Positions 26,878 to 35,671 of a stretch of 40,620 nucleotides of DNA are shown here, piece after piece. The position numbers and the translations under genes are program-made. Location of the stretch: contig CAZSWP010000004.1 in NCBI GenBank assembly GCA_964610875.1, positions 65,469 through 106,088 of the forward strand. The letters run 5' to 3'. Under the pieces are notes generated by a model. That model was not told the origin of the DNA and searched no databases. It saw only the letters and a program-made list of their open reading frames with translations. This stretch comes from an uncultured archaeon (GTDB taxonomy: Archaea > Asgardarchaeota > Thorarchaeia > Thorarchaeales > Thorarchaeaceae). Each line of letters begins with the position of its first letter. Within the stretch, counting starts at the first letter, position 1.

Positions 26878-27672
26878 ATGTTTGATACATCTCTCTTTCA
26901 AGAGCGACTAAATACCACAATAATACGTCCTGAGCTTGTTATCAAGGAAGAAGCAGAATCCACGAACGAGATTGCTAAAGATTTGCTACGAGAGGGAGCT
27001 ACTGAAGGTCTAATTGTGATTGCAGACACTCAAACACGTGGGAGTGGTAGACGAGGAAGGACTTGGGAATCACCCATAGGTGGATTGTACATGTCTTTAG
27101 TGCTTGAGCCCCGAGGCATAGGAGCACCTTATTCAGCATACTCGCTACTTGCAGGTTGTGGTACAGCTGTTGCTCTCAAGAAAGCAACTGGATTGGATGT
27201 CAAACTGAAATGGCCTAACGATTTGTATCTGGACTCTAAGAAACTTGGCGGTATCCTTACTGAGTTGGTGGTTGAAAAGGATGCACTTGGTATGGTGATT
27301 GGGATTGGTATCAATATGAATTTTGATAGTAATGCTCTATCTGAAGTGATGAAACGAGAGGTAACAAGTATTCTTTCTGAGACTGGTGAGAAGTTTTCCG
27401 TTGAACTCATCGCTGCATCAATAATCAACGAGATTGACTTGAGAATAAAGCAAGTTATCTTTGATGAATCATTTCAAAGGATTGCAAATGAATCGAAGTC
27501 ACTCAGTGCAACACTTGGTAAAGAAGTGATTGCCGAAAGAGAGGATGAGAGTATCATAGGTCTTGCTGTAAACATTGCTGAAGACGGTTCTCTTGTCATT
27601 GAAACAAAAGAGGGTATCTTATATCAGGTCACGTCTGGTGAGGTCATACATCTCTTGGAGGAAGATGAATGA
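26878..27672 (+). CDS. birA: Biotin-protein ligase (class I, no HTH)
   Basis: STNE, QTRGSGRRGRTWESP.GGLYMS, LKWPND, KKLGGIL and GIGIN. Confidence 0.95.
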   Translation: MFDTSLFQERLNTTIIRPELVIKEEAESTNEIAKDLLREGATEGLIVIADTQTRGSGRRGRTWESPIGGLYMSLVLEPRGIGAPYSAYSLLAGCGTAVALKKATGLDVKLKWPNDLYLDSKKLGGILTELVVEKDALGMVIGIGINMNFDSNALSEVMKREVTSILSETGEKFSVELIAASIINEIDLRIKQVIFDESFQRIANESKSLSATLGKEVIAEREDESIIGLAVNIAEDGSLVIETKEGILYQVTSGEVIHLLEEDE

Positions 27673-27673
27673 T

Positions 27674-28528
27674 ATGACTCAGTTTGTTGTAAAAGTGGAT
27701 GCTGATCAGCTTGATGAAGTGATGGTCACCTTACTTGACCAAGACCGCACAAAACGAATCAAGGTCACGAATCGATATGAAGCATTCCGCATTGTGTATG
27801 CTGGTAGCGTGATTGTTGGATATACAAGTGGAAAGATTGTGGCTTCGGGACCAGAATCTGAAAGACTTCTGAAGAGTGTAGTTTCCAAGATAGATGTGTA
27901 TCATGATTTCGATGTCACAATTGGTTCTGATGAAGCTGGCAAAGGAGAGTGGTTAGGTCCGCTTGTAATCTCAGCGGTTGCCATTGACCAAGAGATGGAA
28001 CGAGAACTGAAATCTGCAGGTGTAATGGATAGCAAGGACCTTGATGAACAGAGGATTGGTGAACTCGCTTATGTGATTGAAGAGAACAATCTTTGCATTG
28101 AAACCGTTCTGATCTCTCCAGAGAAGTTCAATAGACAATTACAGGAATTTCACGATGAAGGAAAAAATCTCAACGACTTTCTTGCTTGGGCTCATGCGAA
28201 AGCAATCTCACTCGTCATGAAGTCCATTAAGCGACTTGTAGGAAAGAAGAGAATCAGGATAATCGTTGATGAGTTTGCGAAGGAGAAGGCTGAGGATCGA
28301 TTACGACGCGTTGTGGATTTAAATGCAATTGAACTTGTACAGATACCTCATGCAGAAAGTCACGTTGCAGTTGCTGCGGCAAGTATCATGGCAAGAGATG
28401 CACGAGAAGACTGGATTGACAGAAAATCTGGTGAGCTCGGCATTGAGCTTCAGGGAATTTCAAAGGAACGGGCAAGAAAACATGAAGCTGTTTCTTCTTT
28501 TGCCAAGACAAAATATTTGGGCATCTAG
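27674..28528 (+). CDS. rnhC: Type 2 ribonuclease H with an N-terminal TBP-like domain (RNase HIII-like); probable start ATG 27674
   Basis: IGSDEAGKGEWLGPLV, GVMDSK, IVDEF and AES..AVAAASIMAR. The N-terminal YTSGKIV segment is typical of the RNase HIII TBP-like domain. Confidence 0.8.
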   Translation: MTQFVVKVDADQLDEVMVTLLDQDRTKRIKVTNRYEAFRIVYAGSVIVGYTSGKIVASGPESERLLKSVVSKIDVYHDFDVTIGSDEAGKGEWLGPLVISAVAIDQEMERELKSAGVMDSKDLDEQRIGELAYVIEENNLCIETVLISPEKFNRQLQEFHDEGKNLNDFLAWAHAKAISLVMKSIKRLVGKKRIRIIVDEFAKEKAEDRLRRVVDLNAIELVQIPHAESHVAVAAASIMARDAREDWIDRKSGELGIELQGISKERARKHEAVSSFAKTKYLGI

Positions 28529-28608
28529 AAGCGCATATGCTGGAATCAAATAGTTGAGTACCTTTTGTGCGATAGTGTCAGTGTATTTCAAAGATGGAGT
28601 AGCTGAAT

Positions 28609-30459
28609 TTGTGGATTGGAGGATCAAAGAAACAATTTCCCCGATCGTTCGTTTCAATGCTGGTTCTCAGTGTCATCACATTCTCCTTTATGCCATTGCC
28701 CTCTTTAGTTTCCATTAGCGGAGTTGATGACCTCAAATCTGGTCCATATATCGGAAAACTTGTCTTCACACAGGAGCACAGTGATCATATTTTGGCACTT
28801 CTTGATAACGAACTTGACTTATCCACAAATTCTCTTGATGAATCGGCCATTGACACACTAAGTGAATCTGAAAATATCGAGATTGTCAAGACTCTTAGAA
28901 ATGGATATGGTTACATATCCATCAACTGCCTAAAATATCCATATAATTATCCAGCATTTAGAAGGGCTCTTGCTTTTGCCATCGATAAAGAAGCAATTGC
29001 AAGAGAAGTATGGGGGAACAATGCAGAACCCTTAGATTCCTTAATCCCTAAGATAAATCCGTTCTCAATTGACGGTCAACTAGACTATTCTTACTACAAT
29101 GCAAATGTGTCCTATGGGAATTATCTGCTCGATCAAGCTGAGTTTTATGACATTGACAATGATGGCTTCAGGGAAGCCCCAGATGGTTCCGATTTATATG
29201 TTCCAATAGAGGTGCCACAGAGTTCTAGTATTGCCATTCACTGTGGTGAGTATGTTGAAGCAGCGTTAACAAGTCTTGGAATTAATGCAGAATGTCTACC
29301 GACTGATTTCTACGAATATCTGGATCGTATACACTGTCATTTCGATTATGATATCGTCTTCTTTGGAAATTCCTTCTTCAATTTTGATGTTGACTGGATG
29401 GCTTATGAATACTGGTCTGAGTATGTGGGTGAACCATTCTTTAACTTTCCAAATTTTGCAAACGCAACATATGACTCATGGCGTGACCAGCTTATACACT
29501 CAACAAGCTACGACGATGTTTATGAAGCTGCAATAGAGATGCAAAAGATCTGGGTGTATCAGTGTCCAGAGATAGTCCTCTATGAAAATGCCTACTACTA
29601 CGCATATCGCAAAGACAGGTTTGCTGGGTATGTGAATGATGTTATGGAAGGTCCTGCAAGTTTTTGGACTTGCTATAATGTCTATAACTCAGAAAATCCC
29701 AAGTCGTCATTGAATCAGACCTTAAGGATCGGCACATGGTCTTGTATCAATGCTGTGAATTTTATGGTTTCATCTAGCTGCCATTACGAATTCAACAACT
29801 ACCTGCCATGGGACACGTTATTCATCAGGGGGCCTGATGGAAGAGATGTGCCGTGGTTGGTGGAGGAGTTTTTGATTGAAACTCACTCAGATAATGCAGA
29901 TGTTCAAACAGGTCATACTCGTTTTACATTTGACATAATCAAAAACGCAAGTTGGACCGATGGAACACCTCTCACTGCAGAAGACATTGTATTCACATTG
30001 AATTACTATGACCAAGCTCCGGGTAATCCATATGGTGCGAGTCTGCATGACATGTTTAGTGCGTATACTCTCACAAACTACACTATGAGAGTTGAGTTCA
30101 ATGCGGAGTCTTATTGGCATCTACATTCTATCGCTTATCTACCAATTCTACCGAAACACGTTTTTAGTGAAATTGGTCTTGAAGGCTGGAGAACTTGGAA
30201 TCCGGATCCCAATAACGAACCACTTGTTTCATCTGGACCTTTCAATTTCACTTCTGTGAGATATGATTATGTGGAAATGAAACGAAATTCAAATTATTTC
30301 TTTAAACCAAATTGGGATGTTTCTACAACTTATAATCAAACAACAGAGATTGTACCTTTCTATGATCTCCCTTTATTTTCCGTCGTTTTGACAACCTCAT
30401 CACTAGTTATCATTATTGGAGTTATCACACTATGGTTCAAAGAGAAAAACCAAATATAG
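28609..30459 (+). CDS. Family 5 (Opp/Dpp) ABC substrate-binding protein with a C-terminal TM anchor; orphan
   Basis: FRRALAFAIDK, D.DNDGFRE.PDG, WTDGTPLTAEDI.FT, LPKH and SSGPF, followed by a C-terminal TM. Confidence 0.9.
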   Translation: MWIGGSKKQFPRSFVSMLVLSVITFSFMPLPSLVSISGVDDLKSGPYIGKLVFTQEHSDHILALLDNELDLSTNSLDESAIDTLSESENIEIVKTLRNGYGYISINCLKYPYNYPAFRRALAFAIDKEAIAREVWGNNAEPLDSLIPKINPFSIDGQLDYSYYNANVSYGNYLLDQAEFYDIDNDGFREAPDGSDLYVPIEVPQSSSIAIHCGEYVEAALTSLGINAECLPTDFYEYLDRIHCHFDYDIVFFGNSFFNFDVDWMAYEYWSEYVGEPFFNFPNFANATYDSWRDQLIHSTSYDDVYEAAIEMQKIWVYQCPEIVLYENAYYYAYRKDRFAGYVNDVMEGPASFWTCYNVYNSENPKSSLNQTLRIGTWSCINAVNFMVSSSCHYEFNNYLPWDTLFIRGPDGRDVPWLVEEFLIETHSDNADVQTGHTRFTFDIIKNASWTDGTPLTAEDIVFTLNYYDQAPGNPYGASLHDMFSAYTLTNYTMRVEFNAESYWHLHSIAYLPILPKHVFSEIGLEGWRTWNPDPNNEPLVSSGPFNFTSVRYDYVEMKRNSNYFFKPNWDVSTTYNQTTEIVPFYDLPLFSVVLTTSSLVIIIGVITLWFKEKNQI

Positions 30460-30520
30460 AAAATGCGTCCTTGGCATGGATGACATCAGGTACTGTTGTT
30501 TGATATCGTTGTCAGTATTT

Positions 30521-30760
30521 CTATAGTAAGTCTATGATTACATTACCTGAAATTGAGTACATCTTTTTCTGACAATCTCTCCGAACATCAAGTAGTCCTG
30601 CTCTCACAAGCTGGGAGAGATATACTGATACCGTTGACTGTCCTAATCCCATCTTTGAAAAGATATCACACTGACTCATTTCACCATCAAGAAGCGTATG
30701 TACAATTCTAAGGATCTCCGGATTACTTAGAGATTTATGAAAACGTATCTGTGAACACAT
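30521..30760 (-). CDS. ArsR/SmtB-family wHTH regulator (probable start ATG 30760; possibly eroded)
   Basis: KSLSNPEILRIV..L..GEMS..DI....GLGQSTVS.YL..L..AGLL..RR..KK.Y. The track's 5' extension overlaps the LRR gene. Confidence 0.7.
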   Translation of the reverse strand: MCSQIRFHKSLSNPEILRIVHTLLDGEMSQCDIFSKMGLGQSTVSVYLSQLVRAGLLDVRRDCQKKMYSISGNVIIDLL

Positions 30761-30791
30761 ATAGGCTCTAGTTGGCACTAATGAAAAAGTG

Positions 30792-31709
30792 CTAACCTTG
30801 ATTGACTGTTCCACATGATTCGCATCGATAAGTATCTCCAGGGATAAGCATGTGTGGAAGAGATTTATGACAATGGACACAATAATGGATGACCGGTCCA
30901 TCTGAACGGAGTTCTTTTGCTGCCCGAATTGCATCGAGTGAAATGAATTCATCTGTTCTTGGGTCAAAACGTCCAGATAGTTCTCCTTCTCCGACCAGCT
31001 CAAATACAAGCTGTTTAGTTGCATCTATGGGCATCTCAGAATATGCTGTAAGCTCTTCTATACTGACACGAGGTACGGATTTCAAAAGACCCAGTACAGT
31101 CAATTTCACTTGATCGTCTGTCGGGGGGACATCAACACCCGGGGCTCCTCGCACTGTTGTCTGAGCTACTTCATACCACTGCACATGTTTCTTCATTCGT
31201 GACATAGGTCCTCTGGCCATCTGCATGTATCTTCTATCTGCACGTAACTTGACATATCTGTTTATTTTGACCTCCTTCAGTTTTGGACAGGTAAATAGTG
31301 CAGATATATCAAGTTCTGTCAATGGATTATCTTCAATCTCAAAGCGTTCTAATTTGAAATGTCGAGCTAGGGGGGAAACATCTAGTTGTTGAATCTGATT
31401 TCCCCTTAGATCTAGCCTCTCAAGATTTGCGTGTTCTTTCAGAGAACTCAAATCCAGACTCTCTAGTTTGTTATTTCGTAGTATTATCTCTCGAAGACTG
31501 GATATGGAACTTAAAGGTGAGAGATCCAATGAATGAATCTCGTTGTCGTAGAGTTTCAAATACTCTAATCTGATACACCTCACAATGGGCGCAAGGTTGA
31601 TTGAAATGATGTTCTTTCCAGGTGCATTGATTCTTCTAGTTCTGTCATTGACTCTCAATACACGAGTTCTTCCTCTCTTGTCAGTATAGGGGAGATCAAC
31701 CTTCGCCAA
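30792..31709 (-). CDS. Leucine-rich-repeat protein with a C-terminal PCI-like wHTH and a zinc ribbon
   Basis: About 5 LxxLxLxxNxI repeats of ~23 aa, then RVSIEEL...M......LV.ELV.EG.LSGRFD, then CxxC...CxxC. GGAGGT RBS and a TTG start. Confidence 0.85.
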   Translation of the reverse strand: MAKVDLPYTDKRGRTRVLRVNDRTRRINAPGKNIISINLAPIVRCIRLEYLKLYDNEIHSLDLSPLSSISSLREIILRNNKLESLDLSSLKEHANLERLDLRGNQIQQLDVSPLARHFKLERFEIEDNPLTELDISALFTCPKLKEVKINRYVKLRADRRYMQMARGPMSRMKKHVQWYEVAQTTVRGAPGVDVPPTDDQVKLTVLGLLKSVPRVSIEELTAYSEMPIDATKQLVFELVGEGELSGRFDPRTDEFISLDAIRAAKELRSDGPVIHYCVHCHKSLPHMLIPGDTYRCESCGTVNQG

Positions 31710-31848
31710 ATTATTGTACCTCCAGAGTTATGATTGACCTGCTTTGTAACGTAATAAATTCTTATACAAACATAGCTCTGAGTACTTCTTCTATCACTTC
31801 CAATATCAACCTTATCGGAATATACTCTACACTTCTATCAGACTCTGA

Positions 31849-31930
31849 AAATTTATCATAGTTAGAATGAAATCAAAGAATGTCTTCGGATTCGCTGGAT
31901 TATTTGAACACTGGACAGGTGCAGAGGGTA
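31849..31930 (+). pseudogene. Possible fragment of an SRAP (SOS-response-associated peptidase / HMCES-like) gene
   Basis: Translates KFIIVRMKSKNVFGFAGLFEHWTGAEG, which resembles the SRAP motif (F)AFAGLW..W. No N-terminal MCGR and no downstream homology is visible. Confidence 0.4.
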
Positions 31931-32168
31931 TTGCAACCATTTTTGGTTCCATTTCTCTCAGAAAAATGGCGTCATATCAAATCTCAACCTATGTCAATTT
32001 CCCACGCAACACAGGTACACTTTGTATTCGTTCAATAGCCAATTATCTAATATTAGAATAATTGGTTTAATAGAATAGACAATCGTTACTTTTCTGGAAA
32101 TATTATATTGTACTCTGTTTTTGTGCAATTGCAAAAAAACCATTTTTGGGACTAAGGAGACTTAAAAA

Positions 32169-35100
32169 ATGCGTCACCAACAAGTGATACTACTAGTTGT
32201 AACTGTGACTGCCATTATGTTGGTTTTACCTAACATTGGTAATTCTAACACTTCAGGTACCCATCCTTCAGAAATTAATCTCATAGATTCAAATGAAAAT
32301 GTCTTGTCTAATGGAATTCCCCCTCCATACATGTACATACAATATGAGGAAAATTTCACTGATTACGGATGGACTGGTGATGGCAGTGAGGAAACACCCT
32401 ACACCCTTGACGGAGCTGTTATTAGCCACTCGGGAGGAGCAGCAATAGCGATTTGGAACACCAGATCATATTTCAAAATAAGCAATTGTATCTTATCTGG
32501 AGATTCTAGCTTTCAAGGAATATATCTTAATAATGTGACACATGGACATATCCAAGATTGTGATTTCAAATACTTTCAAACTGGTGTATATATTCTCAAT
32601 TCTACAGACATACTAGTAGAAAAGAATCATATCACGGAATCATCGTACGGAATTGATTCCAACGATGTAGTTGATTACATAATACAACACAATACCGTAA
32701 GTCCGGTTGGGTACGGGATACGTACTCGATATACATGTGAAAACCTTACAATATATAATAACTCAATAGCCATGCATAATGGTCTGAATGATTATTCTCA
32801 TGGCATTGAAACAAGAAGCAGCAATACCAACATAACAAACAATCATATCTATGCAGGAAACGGCGTTGGAATTCATCTTGATACTGCGGCAGATTATTGC
32901 AATGTGACTCATAATCGAATTAGCAATATGAGTAGTTATGGGATACATGCATACCAAGGAGATGACCATGCTATCATGTTCAATAACGTCACCTGCACCT
33001 TTGGTGATGGCATAAGACTCACTACTAGTGATTCCAATACTATTACAAATAATCAAATTTCTATCAGTAATAAGACTGGAATTTACATCGACGGGTCCGA
33101 TTTGAACAATGTATCTTCTAATCATGTATGGTATTGTCAGGACTATGGAATTTTCTCGGATGCTACATCCAGTGCTAACATCCTCTACGATAATTCCATT
33201 GGCTGGAATACTCAAAATGCCTGGGATGATGCGGCCACAACACCAAATGCTTGGAGCTATGGAACACAGGGCAACCATTGGGCCAATTGGACTGTCACTC
33301 CGCATCCTATTCCTGGTCTTGCTGGTAATTCCGATGCCTTCGCCGATTTGCTTTCGGATCCAACAGCTCCAAGTGTAAGCGATGAAGAGGATTTTGCCTT
33401 CTTTGAAGGTACGACAGGAAATATTGTCAGCTGGACCTTCTACGATGAGTATTTGGTTACATACACACTGATAGTAAATGACGTAGAGTATACTACAAAC
33501 TATACCTGCTGCAACTACGCTGAGTTTAATGTTGATGAAGCTCCGGTGGGTGAGTACAATCTCACACTAGTTGTTACAGATGCTGCTGGAAACAACGGTT
33601 CTGATCAGGTCATAATGACTGTTGAGGTGGTTGATACAACGCCACCCGTAATTGCCGGAATGAACAATCAGACTATGGAGGCGTACGACGATCAAGTTAC
33701 GTTGGAATGGAATGCCACGGACGCACATCCCGACAAGTACATCATCTATAGAAATGATACAGTCCAGGATAGCGATGATTGGGAGAGTGGGGTCAATATA
33801 ACAGAATGGTTTGCATATAGAGACCCTGGAGCTTACAATTATACCCTCTGGGTGAATGATACTCAAGGATACTCAGCCACACATACTGTCTGGGTCTTCG
33901 TGTACGATACAACCATTCCAATCTATAATTTTGAAGCTGATATGGAATATGAGGTAGGCACTTCAACCAGTACGCTTGAATGGGATGTCAAAGAAACATA
34001 CCCTGATATCTTCATTGTATATTTGAATGGTAGTACGGTTTATGCTAGTGGTGAATACACAACAACTTCTGGGAACTCATTCTACGGTAACATCACAATA
34101 GATGTTGGAGGTCAAGGGCTTGGGTATTGGAATTTCACTGTAGTTGCATATGATGAATCAGGCAACTTCGGTGTGGATACGGTCATTCTCCATGTTTTCG
34201 ACACAGTTGACCCAACTTGTACTTCAGAAGATGATATTCAATTTGAAGATGGAATGAGTCCCAAATTCATCAATTTCACTTGCTCTGATTTGGATCCATA
34301 TATGTGGTATCTCTATAAGAACAAGACACAAATCAATTCTGATGATTGGGATGGCAACGACCTGCAATTCAATGTTGATGATGCAGGTGTGGGCACCTGG
34401 AACTATACACTGCTTATTATGGATGGTTCTGGAAACACTGCAAGCGCAATAGCGTGGGTGGTTGTGCTTGACACGACCGATCCAACACTGAATGAGCCTG
34501 ATGACATTGTCTATGAATCCGGAACAACCGGACACACAATCTCTTGGACTCCAGACGATCTGAACCCAGACTCCTACAAGATTTGGAAGGACGAGACTGA
34601 GTATCTTGAAGGTGCTTGGAATTCGAGTTCTGAAACTATCGTCATAGATATTGACGGTCTTGCTGTTCGTGATTATAATTTCACCATCAAAGTGTGGGAT
34701 ACTTCTGGACTTTGGGCTGTGGATGAAGTTAATGTTTCTGTTGAAGACACCACTGCACCGCAGATAGAGGGACCTAATGATTTGTCTTATACAGTTGGAG
34801 AAACTGATAATGAGATAACCTGGGACTGTTCTGATGCACATCCATCATCCTACACTGTCTATCAAAATGGAACAGTGAACAAGACCGCTTCATGGGATGG
34901 TAGTGATATTGTCTTGGATATCGATGGTCTTGCTGTTGGTGTGTACAATTTCACTCTCTACTTGGAAGATGATTATGGTCAAAGTGCTACTGATACTGTA
35001 ATCGTCACTGTAGAGGAGGAGTCTACTACAACAACTACCACAACTACAGATACAACGACTGACACAACTACCGAAACAACCAGTGAAACAACTACTGAAA

Positions 35101-35234
35101 CTGACACTAGCAGTACATCAACTCCGCCACCAGATGACGGTGGGACCATGTTGATTATGTTAGCAGCTGGTATTGGTGGTGCTGTGGTTGTAATCATCGT
35201 TCTTGTCTATTTCATGAAACTCAAGAAGAAATAG
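32169..35234 (+). CDS. Surface glycoprotein: right-handed parallel beta-helix (NosD/CASH-like), about 6 Ig-like repeats, Thr-rich linker, C-terminal TM
   Basis: GDGS..TPY, then GI......N.I..N.I repeats. Repeats of DTT.P.......W...D..P..Y.(I/V)Y.N.T.....W...G.YN(Y/F)T. Poly-T stalk and a TM followed by KLKKK. Confidence 0.9.
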   Translation: MRHQQVILLVVTVTAIMLVLPNIGNSNTSGTHPSEINLIDSNENVLSNGIPPPYMYIQYEENFTDYGWTGDGSEETPYTLDGAVISHSGGAAIAIWNTRSYFKISNCILSGDSSFQGIYLNNVTHGHIQDCDFKYFQTGVYILNSTDILVEKNHITESSYGIDSNDVVDYIIQHNTVSPVGYGIRTRYTCENLTIYNNSIAMHNGLNDYSHGIETRSSNTNITNNHIYAGNGVGIHLDTAADYCNVTHNRISNMSSYGIHAYQGDDHAIMFNNVTCTFGDGIRLTTSDSNTITNNQISISNKTGIYIDGSDLNNVSSNHVWYCQDYGIFSDATSSANILYDNSIGWNTQNAWDDAATTPNAWSYGTQGNHWANWTVTPHPIPGLAGNSDAFADLLSDPTAPSVSDEEDFAFFEGTTGNIVSWTFYDEYLVTYTLIVNDVEYTTNYTCCNYAEFNVDEAPVGEYNLTLVVTDAAGNNGSDQVIMTVEVVDTTPPVIAGMNNQTMEAYDDQVTLEWNATDAHPDKYIIYRNDTVQDSDDWESGVNITEWFAYRDPGAYNYTLWVNDTQGYSATHTVWVFVYDTTIPIYNFEADMEYEVGTSTSTLEWDVKETYPDIFIVYLNGSTVYASGEYTTTSGNSFYGNITIDVGGQGLGYWNFTVVAYDESGNFGVDTVILHVFDTVDPTCTSEDDIQFEDGMSPKFINFTCSDLDPYMWYLYKNKTQINSDDWDGNDLQFNVDDAGVGTWNYTLLIMDGSGNTASAIAWVVVLDTTDPTLNEPDDIVYESGTTGHTISWTPDDLNPDSYKIWKDETEYLEGAWNSSSETIVIDIDGLAVRDYNFTIKVWDTSGLWAVDEVNVSVEDTTAPQIEGPNDLSYTVGETDNEITWDCSDAHPSSYTVYQNGTVNKTASWDGSDIVLDIDGLAVGVYNFTLYLEDDYGQSATDTVIVTVEEESTTTTTTTTDTTTDTTTETTSETTTETDTSSTSTPPPDDGGTMLIMLAAGIGGAVVVIIVLVYFMKLKKK

Positions 35235-35248
35235 TACAGTCTGTCTTT

Positions 35249-35285
35249 GGGATGGTACAGATTACCATCCCCCTCTTCTTTTTTT
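35249..35285 (+). terminator. Stem-loop plus U-tract terminator
   Basis: GGGATGGTA-cagat-TACCATCCC (9-bp stem) followed by CCTCTTCTTTTTTT. Confidence 0.7.
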
Positions 35286-35671
35286 GAAGTGATTTTAAGT
35301 ACACATTGAACACGGAAATCGAAAATTTATTACTAATTCAGGATAATTTTTCTCAGGGTCGAAATACACGATACGTGGTGGTATTAATGTGTGAAATAAA
35401 GATCCGCAAATTGAGAATAATCCTAATCCTGAAACCTGTCTAGCTTTGTCTGGGATTTTTGGAGCTGCTAGCACCCCTTTTCTTGTATTGAACTCGTATC
35501 CCTTTTTTGCTCCATGTGGAACCAATCTTATTGTAGTATTCACTTAATTATACTAGAAACAACACAAGTAACTAAGCAGTCAGTGACTCATCTCTTGAAT
35601 TCAGACCTTTCCAAAGGATTTAGATGATTCTCTCAGAAAGTCAAGTAGTACATTTCGGGATGATAATCAAA

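Noticed and set aside
30761-31024. N-terminal extension of the ArsR ORF (167 aa in the track)
   Set aside because: It overlaps the LRR gene out of frame. ArsR similarity begins only near 30760.
35020-35125. ACA/ACT-rich tandem repeat as a possible DNA repeat or CRISPR array
   Set aside because: It is the in-frame Thr-rich linker of the surface protein, with no repeat-spacer periodicity.
35295-35543. 82-aa minus-strand ORF between the surface protein and the SelD fusion
   Set aside because: No recognisable motif or RBS and AT-rich. It cannot be supported, though a remnant is not excluded.
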